Assembly: GCF_009914755.1 (NCBI RefSeq)
Contig: NC_060942.1
DNA: 64,000 nt
Reading direction: 5' to 3' (one strand)
From: the human T2T-CHM13v2.0 reference genome, Homo sapiens
Below are positions 1-12,008 of this stretch, one piece after another. Within the stretch, counting starts at the first letter, position 1, and the number at the start of each line of letters is the position of its first letter. Under the pieces are notes generated by a model. It was not told the origin of the DNA and did not search any database. It saw nothing but the letters and a program-made list of their open reading frames with translations. A program made the position numbers and the translations under genes.

Positions 1-965
1 TTCTAAATTTATTTTCTACATTTTAGTTAAATATTTTAAAGGCCAATAAAACACTAACTGTGAAAAGAAAGATTTTTCTTCCCCTATGTTACTCTTAAAA
101 ATCAATTAAAAACTTTCAAGTCTCAATAGAAGCAAACTGTACTAGGGAGGGAGAAAAAAGCTGTCCAATTAAGTCGACATAAAGTAATATTTTATGACAC
201 TCAGTGTGACAAAAATCTAGGTAGATTCTACATTGAGAATGCTTTGTCAGTGATTTTAAAATTGTTTGGTTAAAGAAATGGGAAGTGAAATATCAAGGGT
301 GTGGTTCATACAAAGCAGGTGATTTGAAATTCCAGTCAGAAGACCCACCCTAAACATTTCTGATCATATATCAAAAGTTTTGCAAATAGATCAAAACTTA
401 TGTTTCATTTAAAATATTTTATACTTGTATGTATTATTTTAATTACTTCCTGCTTTAATGGATTTTATTGGTTCACTACTAGTCTTGATTGTGCCAGGTA
501 AAGAGGCTCTACTGTAATTTTGTTTTATAAGAATATTGCTAATCACTATCGTGCATAGCACAGTAGCTGCGTATCAGGAACCATGAAAGTGTTTAGCATT
601 TATTTTAGCTAATCCTCATGAGAGTCCAGGGAATAACATTAATATTCTCATTTTAAAGCTGAAGAATGCAGTGGAGTTTTTTCTGTTCTCACAATTTACT
701 AACATCCCAAAATCCAGCACAGACTGCGAAATATAAGATTCCTCATAGTCTAATAAATTTGCTTAAAACAAAATTAGAAACATTCAAAGCACAGTGAATA
801 ATGTGTGCATACTTATTACTTGACATGAGAAAGCAAATCTACTTATAGATAATACATTGTTGTGTTCTGAGCCAACAAAGGGCCTGGGTGGTTACAGAAG
901 GTGAAAGGCAAAAGGTAATAACCCTTCACAATCTAGATTTCAAGTTTCATCCCCACCTCCAGTGT

Positions 966-967
<2 letters not shown>

Positions 968-1011
<44 letters not shown>
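968..1011. repeat. (CA)n microsatellite, about 22 units
   Basis: Uninterrupted AC run seen directly. Confidence 0.97.
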
Positions 1012-1013
<2 letters not shown>

Positions 1014-1088
1014 TGGCCCAGTAGCTTCTCAATCTTCCTCATGTGCCTACATCTTCATGACTTTCCTCATGCCATCTCCTTTCCCTGA

Positions 1089-1554
1089 TGTGAAAGGAAA
1101 ATATCTTGGGCCCTCGAAATCACTAAGCTAAAGGGAAATGTCAAGCTGGGAACCGCTTAGGGCAAACCTGCTTCATATTCTATTCAAAATTACCCCTCTG
1201 CTCATTGAGATAAATGCATATCCGATTGCCTCCTTTGGAGAGGCTAATCAGAAACTCAAAAGAATGCAACCATTTGTCTCTTATGGACCTAGGACCTGGA
1301 AGCCCCCTCCCGTGAGTCCTCTGGCTTTTGCTTTGAGTTGTCCTGACTTTCTGGACTGAACCAGTGTTCATCTTACGTATGTCCATTGAGGTCTCATGTC
1401 TCCCTAAAATGTATAAAACCAAGCTGTGCTCTGACCACGTTGAGCACGTGTCATCAGGACCTCCTGATGCCGTGTCAGGGGCGCACATCCGCAACCTTGG
1501 CAAAATAAACTTTCTAAATTAACTGAGATATCTCTCAAATTTTCAAGGTTCACA
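1089..1554 (+). mobile_element. Solo ERV1 LTR, MER4A/MER4A1-like
   Basis: Starts TGTGAAAGGAAAATATCTTGGG and ends GGTTCACA. Has TATAAAA at 1412-1418, AATAAA at 1504-1509 and a near 4-bp TSD (ctga/ctgg). Matches the remembered MER4A1 consensus along its length. Confidence 0.88.
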
Positions 1555-2254
1555 CTGGCATATGCTTTCGCCTCTTTTTTCACTCAGGAAACTTCGATTT
1601 ACCCCTTAAGATTAAGTCGTTCCTCCCCTCAGAACACTTAACCAAGTGACTGTCTGTCTCTTGTGACAGTCTCAAGTGACAGTATGTGGAGAAAACAACT
1701 AGTTAGTAGAAGCTCTGGGTGACAAAGGTGGATTTGGCAGAAGTAGTTCATTCAACAAGCACCTGTTAGGCACCTGCTCTGTGACCACCATGGGTGTGGA
1801 AGCCACAATGCTTGCTTTACAGAACCTCCATGCTGGTATCGCCAGGTGTCCTGTTTCTGCGTTGTTCCCATGTTTTACTTCCTCACTGTTTTGCCTGCAC
1901 TTCCTGGGTTTTCTATACTTAGCTCCGGGCTTCAGTTTTAGGTAACGCACTGACTTTTGAGTCCCTCAGGTTCTCTGTGCAACTTCCCAAGAGCAGCCTG
2001 ATCATCCAGTCTGTCATTTAGGAAATATGATTCTATACTCAACACATTGTTTCATTATATGAGTCTTACAGTCTCCTGATTTTTGTCTCTTCTCAGCCCT
2101 AAATTATTCCAGAGACTAGCATCTCTCCTTTGTTGCCCCTTAAACAGTTTATCATGCATCTTTGGGATTGTCCAAGTTCTATATGCAACTTCTCTTTATT
2201 GTGCACACTTTCAGACCAAATACTGTCTTATTTATCTTCACTTTCACATTTTGC

Positions 2255-3118
<864 letters not shown>

Positions 3119-3675
3119 CATTTTGTGTTCAGACTAGGTCCTAGTACAATGGTTATTTCAGTGATGTAGAAAAATGAAGGACTGGCTTATTGAATAAATG
3201 GTAAAGAAACCTTTTTAAAGCACCATATAATTTATATTTTTTCAAATTTCCATTGTTTCCCACATTTCTTTTTTGCCCTTTTCTAACCTCAAACCACCAA
3301 CAAAAAGGATACACAATGTTGAAAATTTACATTTTCTGTAAATATAAATGTCATAATTTTCCATTCTAAATTTTTTCAGAAATGTATAATTTCTAATTAA
3401 AAGAAGGTGGGACATTCCTGGGATCTTCAGGAAGATGATTGCTCAGAGTGACTCAAGATAAGGAGAGGAGCCAGAGAATGTATGGAAGCTGCATCCCAAC
3501 CAGAGATCCAGATTTCAGGAAGCCAAGAGTTGCTAGGTTCCACTTGCCTAGGGCCACAACAATGAAGCCAAGAACATAGAGAGCCAGGCATTTGTGATAA
3601 CATGGTTTTGAGCAAGAGCCAGCCATGAGGGAGGGCAAGAGAGTCCAAATAAACTGCAGTAAAAGGTACCATGTA

Positions 3676-3959
3676 AGCTGGGCACAGTGGCGCATGCCTG
3701 GAATCCCAGCACTTTGGGAGGCTGAGACGGGTGGATCACACGAGGTGAGGAGTTCAAGACCAGCTTGGCCAACATTGTGAAACCCCATCTCTACTAAAAA
3801 TACAAAAATTAGCCGGGCGTGATGGCACATGCCTATAATTCCAGCTACTCAGGACGCAGAGACAGGAGAATTTCTTGAACCTGGAAAGGTCTCATCACTG
3901 TACTCCAGCCTGGGAGACGGTGCAAGACTCTGTCTCAAAAAAAAAAAAAAAAAAAAAAA
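3676..3959 (+). mobile_element. AluS element with a right-arm deletion
   Basis: Alu arms and poly-A. Imperfect 15-bp TSD: aaaaggtaccatgta (3661-3675) / aaaaggtgccgtgta (3956-3970). Confidence 0.93.
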
Positions 3960-4114
3960 GGTGCCGTGTAGTTGGGTGCTGTGGCTAACCAAGTGCAAGC
4001 CTTGTGGTGGTCTATGGAGTCCATATGCAGGATCCTTTCCTGCCACCGTTGTACAATCTGGCCATCTAAGAAAAAAGGCTGAGAAGGTAGAGCAAGTCTA
4101 TTGAGGTGTCTTAA

Positions 4115-4330
4115 AGCCGTGGCACTTTAGCAGGGCTCTTCCTGTCCTCCCTCTTCCCAAGGGACATTTGGGAATGCAGTTGCTATAATGGGGTTGGGTT
4201 GGGGATTGCCACTAGCATAGTAGGTAGAGGCTACAGATGCTAAATATTTTTGAATGCACATAACAGCCCCCTGAATCTAAAAACTATCTAGCTCAAAATG
4301 TGAATAGTCCTGGGGTTGAGAAACCTTTTC
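4115..4330 (+). mobile_element. MER20-like hAT-Charlie DNA transposon relic
   Basis: gggacatttgg...gtagaggctacagatgctaaa...aaaatgtgaatagt...ggttgagaaacc resembles MER20. Confidence 0.72.
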
Positions 4331-4334
4331 TAGA

Positions 4335-4440
4335 ACAAGATCCTCACTTTACAGAAGAAAGATGAAGTGACTTATCCAAGACCCCACTGCCAGTCAGAAC
4401 TACAGCTGGCATACCTTGACCCCAAGCCAGGTGCTTTCGT
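4335..4440 (-). mobile_element. MIR fragment
   Basis: ctcactttacagaagaaag...aagtgacttatccaag is the antisense MIR core. Confidence 0.55.
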
Positions 4441-5989
4441 CGCTAGTATTTCCAGTGTGGGTTTTGAAGCTTGGTTATTTCCAAAGTACTTGTATGAACT
4501 TGAATAGAATGAGCTACTTTAAAAAAAAAAAGAAAGAAAGAAACTCAGCGTATAGCATTTTCTCTGCTGAATGTACAAACTATGCAACCCAATAATTGCT
4601 TTCTCTTCTACTTTCATAGGAAATTTTCTCAGAAATAATATGTTGATATTTGCCAAGTGCTTTGAGCTCTTTTTAAGAGAGGTGCTAAAAACTTCTCTAA
4701 ATTATTTTTATCACCTCTATAAAATTTAAAAGCAAAGTATCATTCCTTGTCAAAAGCAGACTTTACCTTGATTTTCTTCCATTATAACCTCTGATTAGCT
4801 ATTGAAACTCTCTGATTACAGGCTGACATTGTACAATCTGAGGTATCATACTAGTTAAATCTGTGAAATAATTTATTGTAGCCTGACAAGACTATGAACT
4901 ATTCTTATAGCTTGGAACAGAGCTTCAAAATCACGTAAAAGATTTGCTGCTAAAACTCTCCTTGTTTCAAATATGAGGTCAATGCTAAGGCTTTGTATAT
5001 TGATTAATACTGTCAATTTGATTTATTAACTTCCTAATTACTAGGACAGATTTCTAAGAGTTCAGCACTCTTCATGAGAAACTATCACACTAGAAGGAAC
5101 CTTGAGAAGTCTTCATCATTTCTATGCATGCTTTCAAGAAGGACCACAACCTGATGAAGTCCAATTTCTCCTGCCATCACTCCCCTATGAACATCCTTTC
5201 ACTTTTCTTGGATGATCCAATTTAATCCACTTTTTAAGTGCCCTCCATCATGACAGTCCATCATCCTCTCTAAATAGAGGAAGGGAGGAGCAAAATAAAG
5301 AACTGAGCCATCTTGGAAGTTAGTAACAATGGACCACAGGTGACCTATGTCCTAACCCCCGGCCCAAAGGAGACTATATTACTAATAGGGTTCAATTACA
5401 AGGCATCTGCATGCTCAGGCAAGTTGATTTTAGAGGGTCTCTGAGGAAAAATGGTCAATAAGGCCATCTTACCTCTGTCAACTGTGAAGTGCACAGATCA
5501 TTACCAGAGAGGAATTGCTTCTCCTTCTGAAGGCCCCTTGGGCCCACTTAGCCAAGTTTGCACCTCAGTGTGCTCCTGCTGCAGCTGCAGCTTTCCCAGG
5601 CATTAGGCCAGCAGGAGCAGCAGCCACCAGGTTATAAGGTTAGCACCCAGGGAATCTTTTTTCTTTTTTTGAAATTGCATTTACACAGTAAGCTTGGGGT
5701 TTTATTTAGATTGTGTGCTTGTCAAGGAATTGTTTGGGAAGGCCAGTGGTGATTATAGAGGGGCTAAGCTCTCCCAAACCACTTTTTGATTCAGCTACTA
5801 TTTGAACTTGCAATTGAGATCTGCTAAAATATGAGTGAGAGCAGATTGTGGACATTAGGGTTGGAGCACTGTGGTATTAGAAGCTATTCTCATTGCAAGT
5901 TGTTATAAACCATAAATAATTAATCCAGGGCTATATTTATTATAATTCTCTGAGTGTCTGAGCTCTAAGCTTTCTGTTGGCCTTTTTTT

Positions 5990-6500
5990 CTTCTTCCCAC
6001 TTCCTCAACTTGGACATTCCTTATGATCCTGGCTGTTACCCTCTGCCGCATTCTTTTTACATTCACCCTTAGAGATGTCGTTCATTAGCTACAACATCTC
6101 AGATCAGGTGACCCCAAATCTATATCCCTCAGCCTGCCTACTTGCACAGCCCCAGCCTGGAGTTCCCAGCTGTCTGTTGAGTACATCACCTGCATGCTGT
6201 CCTGACATCTTAATGTGTCTGAAGCCACAGTCATTGGCTTATTCTCCAAATCATCACTCTTTCTGGCTTTTCCCATTTTTCCTCCCAGTAGGGGTCTCTG
6301 TCTTCCACCCTCTGATCCGAAGCCTGAGGCATCTTGTATTCTTTCATTCATTTGCTCCCTAAATCTACTTTTATTGGATTTTTCCTTCCAGAACCCATTA
6401 ATCTGATCCTTTCTCAATTCTACTCCCTGACTATGGCTCTCATCACTTGATACCGTGTATGACTAGAGCTTCTGTGCCTGACTAGTCTCATGCTCTTTCT
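5990..6500 (+). mobile_element. L2 fragment
   Basis: gaccccaaatctatatccctcagcc...gtacatcacctgcatg and related L2 ORF2/3' motifs. Confidence 0.6.
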
Positions 6501-6569
6501 TCTAATTTAATCTACCTAAGAGTGATGAAAAAGTTTCTAAAATTCTACTTTGGAGGATTTCTTCTAGTA

Positions 6570-6830
6570 AATATTCAAGACATATTCATTGAGTGTCCTT
6601 TGCACGCTAGCAGGCACCATGCTATGTGCCTGTTATAGAACGATTTTAAAAAAGAGACAATATTTCTGCCTTCATGGATTTTAGTGTATAAGGTAGAAGA
6701 ACACAATTAAAATTAAAATAAGAAACTTATCGTAATAATTTTAATTTAGTAAGTGCTGTAAGAAAATAAAAACACAGTAGAATGGCAGAATAAATGGGAC
6801 CTAAGGTGATGGCAACTAAGGAAGGACCTA
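6570..6830 (-). mobile_element. L2 3' fragment
   Basis: cattcattgagtg...caggcaccatgcta...tctgccttcatgga is the antisense L2 tail. Confidence 0.55.
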
Positions 6831-7139
6831 AAAGTTGAGAAAAGCCCAATTGTGATCTAGAGCTTCATTTCTTTCCATAAAGTTGAGTTGAAATTTCCTA
6901 TCTAAAATAAAGGCACTATTTTTTAGACTTTTTCATTGCTCCCTTTATAAAACCCATATGTCAATTCAAGTAGCCCATATGTTATTGCTGAATTCTGTTT
7001 TGCATATTCCTGTCTATATATCTTTATCATGAATTTCTTTTTGTGAATCTGTGTTGCCCGCCTCCATCTCTTTCTATTAAGATCATGCCTACATTTCAAT
7101 GGAGAACTCAAATATACCTATTTCATAAAACATTCATTG

Positions 7140-7520
7140 GTAACCATAGCTGGAAACCATCTCTTCATTTTCTGGACTGCCATCAAATTATTATTTTTGC
7201 ATTTCTCTTCTAGCATTTATGTTATGCTCCAGTACACAGTAAATATTTGAGTGCATGCTTTACTCCCCTGCCAAGTTTTACATAGACTACATCATATTTC
7301 TTTGTCCTCTGAGATTGTCTAACACAGTTTCTTAATCTACATAAGCATTCAATAATCATTCATTGAATTAATAAATAAGCTATCTTTAAAGAGTGTATCA
7401 ATTAGAATCATATCCAGTGACTGGCCCAGGAAAGGGATGTGTTCTACTGTTCTATACATTTCTAGCACTTTGCACATTGCCAAGCACATAAGAGGTGTTC
7501 AAACATGCTTGTTGAACTAA
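7140..7520 (+). mobile_element. L2 3' end fragments (two tails)
   Basis: Tails ctaacacag...ataagcattcaataatcattcattgaat and ctagcac...gcacataagaggtgttcaaacatgcttgttgaact. Confidence 0.5.
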
Positions 7521-8056
7521 CGGTCCGAAGGTCCTAGAATACACAGAATGTCAACAGCAAGGAGTAGACTGATCCTTGTGTTTGCTAATTCTTGGGTTCC
7601 CTTGAGTCCCAGGCTGAGAGTTTGCCAACCACAGAACATCTCCAATAAACCCATTTATTTTTGGTCTGGCTATTTCCATAATGTCGGTATGAACTCCATC
7701 ATTATAAGAAAAAAACTGGATGCCGCAAGTGTGTGGTGCCTTCCTTGTCATGTTGGTAATCACTTTGTCTGCTGAATACTCCAAAACATTTGGGAGAGTT
7801 TTTATCCTTTTCTGAAAATCACACATAGAAACATAGTATCATTTCAATGCTTCAAAGTTTTGACTTAGTGACACAGCTAAACCCTCTGTCTTTCACAGCT
7901 GTGCTCTTTCCTTTCTTCAAAGCCAAGCTGGATAAAAATAAACCCCACAGATGCTGTTCTGAATGTATGTTCATCAGCATAGACAGTATATGGGAGCAAG
8001 ATAAAATAGGCAGCATCACAACAGCCTGTCGGAGGGACTAACAACAACCAGTGGAA

Positions 8057-8121
8057 GTGTCTCCATAGGGCTGTGTCTCCAAAGGGCTATATCTCCATGG
8101 GGCTGTATCTCCATAGGGCTG
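8057..8121. repeat. 16-bp tandem repeat, 4 copies (consensus GTRTCTCCATAGGGCT)
   Basis: Units at 8057, 8073, 8089 and 8105, read directly. Confidence 0.92.
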
Positions 8122-10018
8122 AAACATGGGACCTTAAGACATGAAAAGGTTTAGTATAAAGTTAGTTCAGCAGGTGAAAAGTTATAGGAGGCAAAAATGC
8201 TCATTCCCCATTCCTGGGGAACAAACAACAAAAGCAACAGCAACAACTAAAGGATAGAAGGAAAGAAAGGGAGAAAGTACAGAGGAAGGAAGGAAGGGTA
8301 AGAGGGAGGGAGGGAAAATGTCTTATTTGATTCTCATGTATAGTAACTCAAGCATGAAAGACACTCCCCAGTTAAATTAGCCAAGATTGTAGTCCTCATT
8401 ATTATGGGAGAAAATTGAGCCATTAAAATAATTATTCTAAAATGCATATGTTGATGATAATAAGATATGTTTTATTGCCTCTCTCTTTCAGGTTATTGAA
8501 ATCCCTTAAGAATCATTATCTTATTAAGTCTTATTATATGGTTATAAGGTTGGGGTTGGGAAAATTATTCCTCCTTTGCAGTCTAGCAGATAAGGAAAGA
8601 GAGTTGTGTGAATTGTCCCAGCCACTCAGCAACAAAAATTAACAGCAGAAATTGTACTGGGGTTCAAAGGTATCCATTCTTGAGCTAATAAATTTCCCCT
8701 TTGTAGTCTATCTTGACTTATGGGTAAGCTATTGAAGCTATTGCCTGACATGTTTGAATAAATCCAAAGTGCCTCATTTAAGAGTTTTTGTAGCTTTGCT
8801 TATTTCTTTGTTTCTAAGAATTAAAACAACACCAAAAACAAAGCTAAACAAAGAAACAACAACAACAAAAAACCATTTTGCCTCAAATAAACCAGAGAAA
8901 GGTATACGCCAGGTAGATTATTACCCTTGAAAATCTTTATATTAGAGGTACAATTATTTTCCCCCAAGGAGAAGGTTTCCCTTAAACTCCAAGAGGCAAT
9001 GCATTCTGACTTGTAAGCATTTCTTCTCTTTGTTTATCATGATCCCTTTATTTTTCCCCATTGGGAGGACAGATGCTGACTGAATTTGATGACTTGGACC
9101 ATTGACATGTTCTGTGCCTTCATTTTCACTTCCCTTTTCTTCATTATATTCCTGTAGACATATATCATTATGCTCTTTGTGGCTACCTCTTTCTCTTGGC
9201 CTTATTAGAAAGCTCCTCTAGGGGTGTCAACTGCTTGAAGTAGTTGAATTAATCAATTACACTCTGGTTCTACATTTACAGGGTTAAAGACATGTTGATT
9301 TGACATCGAAAACTCTGAAAGCCTTTCTGTTCACATCAGAATCTCTTCTCTATCAAGTGAAATTTTTGCACATGGGTTTCCTTCCTCACTTTTCCCTCTC
9401 GAGGCTATAAACACATAGATAGTGTCTTTTGTAGATAAAATCACCCCTGGCTATTACCGTCTCTTTCCACCTGAAATCCTAATCTTTCATTTTCGATATC
9501 ACAATCATCTTCAAAGTAACAACCTGACATATTATAACCACTTGACATGCTTGAAAAAGATGGAATATATTTTTAGCTGCCTAATTTTATACAGCCTTTG
9601 GAGAAATAAGCCTGCTATGTAGACAGTTTATTTCTATTCTTAATTGATGACAGAAGAGTAAGGAAAAGAGACCTTTTTTCAAGTGGTTTCTCTTTAATGA
9701 TGGAATAATTTTAGGACTCCAAACTTGTTTATGAAAATATACAATAGAGTGGGTCCTCCAAATGCTAAAATTCTTAGGAAATACTAGAAGAAATGCTATA
9801 ATAAAAGGCACGTTGGTGAGAGAGACAATGAAAGATGAAGCGTTTGAGGTTGTTAGATGAGGAAGATATAATATCGTGCTTTCAGAGAATTGCAGTTCTT
9901 TTGAGCTCTCTTGTACTTTTTACAATTCAACTGCATCCACCTGCTATCCATGACCTACAGACACCATTTCCTCTCTGCAACTTTCTGGGTTCCATATCCA
10001 TGTTTCTAAGCAAACTGC

Positions 10019-10265
10019 TTTTTTGAGACAGAACCTCACTCTGTTGCCCAGGCTGGAGTGCAGCAGTGTGATCCTGGCTCAAGCAATCTCTGCCTCCGGG
10101 GTTCAAGTGATTCTCATGCCTCAGCCCCCCGAGTAGTGGGCATTACAAGTGTGTGCCACCACACCGGGCTAATTTTTTATACTTTTAGTAGAGATGGGGT
10201 TTCACTATGTTGGTCAGGCTGGTCTTGAACTCCTGGCCTCAAGTGAATCATCCAACTCGGCCTCC
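10019..10265 (-). mobile_element. AluS element lacking its 5' ~35 nt
   Basis: tttttgagacag...gcccaggctggagtgcag...ctcggcctcc, then non-Alu sequence. Confidence 0.9.
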
Positions 10266-10954
10266 TAGCAATCTCCTTTCTAACACCTTCCTTGGTCTTG
10301 TTCTTTTGGATCTCACTGTTTTCTCCTTTGTTGATGGTTTTTGTAAATCTTGGTCGAAAGTCACCGTCAGGCACCTGTCAATTCCCCACCATGCAGGGGC
10401 AGTGCCCTTTGAAACTCAATGTAGAGCCCTGTGGAACCACCTGTAAGAGGCTTCCCACGTAGAAGAGTAACGCATACCATGTGGCTGGACCGCCCCGTGT
10501 CTCTCAGTCTCTTGCCCCGGCTTCTGCTTCTCCCTAGTTATCAGTGCATCCCTTATCCAAAATGTCACCAGAAACAGGGAAGTTGTGAATCCTAAACTCA
10601 TCTTCATTTTAGATGTTTTCTTTATTCTTCAACAAATTTCACAAATGGGATTCTCTCTTTCCTTCTCCTGTTATTTTATTTATTTATTTTACTGCTGACT
10701 TAAAGGAGTCAGTGTCTCCCTTTACATGTGACCATCCACATGGAGTCATTTAGAATCACTTTGGGGATCTGGGCCTCTGGGTCAGTAGGCTGCTACTATA
10801 CCTCCAGTGAATGCTGGAAGTATAGCTCTCCTGAGATCAGGTTATCCAGGTGAAGACAAGAGGTCCAAAGTGAGAAAAGGTAACATATCTAAAGTTCAAG
10901 AGGCCTGTGGAAGTAGCCTGAGAATGTACCAGGTAATGAAGCAAAATATGCACC

Positions 10955-11404
10955 TTAGAAATAGAGCATGAGCTTTCAAGTCAGAGAGACCTGGATTCAG
11001 GGCTTACTAACTGTGCTTGATGATTTCCTACCTGTGCAAGTAACCTAACATAGGGTCCATGAACCCTACCTGTCCAAATCTTTTGGAAAACAGAAATTTT
11101 TAAACATAGATTTTTAAGCCAAAGATCATAATCTCTAATATATGTGCTTTAAGTATGAAGTAAATAAAAAATATATTTTAATCAACTCTGGGTAATTCTA
11201 ACAGTAAGCCCTACGTTTGGATATGCATTTGGGGTGTTCTGGAATACACGTTTGGGAAGCACTGACTTCACCTCTCTAAGCTTTGTTTTTAAATGGACAT
11301 AATATTCACCATACCATGGGGATATTATCAATATTAAATGACATAATGCATGTAAAGTGCTCTGCATAATGCCTCTAATATGGAAGATGCTATGAATGGT
11401 GGTT
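10955..11404 (+). mobile_element. MIR, interrupted at ~11045-11265 by a probable hAT-type DNA element
   Basis: MIR 5' part (gagcatgagctttcaagtcagagagacctggattc) and 3' part (cacctctctaagc...taatgcatgtaaagtgct). The insert ends tttgggaagcactg, a MER5-like terminus. Confidence 0.6.
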
Positions 11405-11459
11405 GGGATTGAAACCACCATTCATTGAGCATCTTTCACATTAGAGGCATTATGCAAAG
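11360..11459. repeat. Inverted repeat / long hairpin, 42-nt arm, 8-nt loop
   Basis: 11363-11404 pairs with 11413-11456: 17 perfect bp, 1 mismatch, 11 bp including one G-T, a 2-nt bulge, then 13 perfect bp. Confidence 0.95.
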
Positions 11460-11957
11460 ATAAATAGGTCCTAAATAAAGGCTGATGCAACTGATAGGCT
11501 GAGGCCAGAAAAAATTCTTAGCTAGGCACTGATAGTTGTATTTTTGTTTCTGTTCTATTTTTGTTCTGAAAGAATTTAGGCAAATCATTGTCCTTTAGGC
11601 CCATAAAAATCACATCCTTTTGTGTTTAAAAGTTCATGTGTTCTCTGGTTAACTCCTTCCTGCCTTTGGTTCCCTCAGGCACCCATAGCTAATAATTTTT
11701 AAAATTTCAGAGGTAAGAAGTAATGTCACCCCTAGTCATCCCCCCTACCCCAAGTAGGCTTTAGATCTTAGCACCCCCTATGTCTATGGAAACCAAAATT
11801 CACTGCATTCTGCTTTGACCTTCACTTTGTGGTCCTCCTGGTTATCCCACTTTCTTCTCAGGCTCAAACGCACATACTTAACAGGACTTATAAAATCTGG
11901 AAGCAGAGCACATCACCAGAAAATGATCTATTGATGGCCAAAGTGTTATATGTGTAC

Positions 11958-12008
11958 ATGTGATGTGATGTGATTATGATGTGTGTGTGTGTGTGTGTGT
12001 GTGTGTGT
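11958..12008. repeat. (ATGTG)n followed by (TG)n microsatellite
   Basis: Seen directly. Confidence 0.9.

Noticed and set aside
4170-4204. Possible G-quadruplex
   Set aside because: Only three closely spaced G-runs; the fourth needs a long loop, and it lies inside a MER20 relic.
5571-5619. 11-bp inverted repeat tgctcctgctg / cagcaggagca
   Set aside because: Short stem with a 27-nt spacer in CAG/CTG-rich sequence; plausible by chance.
8057-8121. CRISPR-like array
   Set aside because: The repeats are contiguous without spacers, and the DNA is human.
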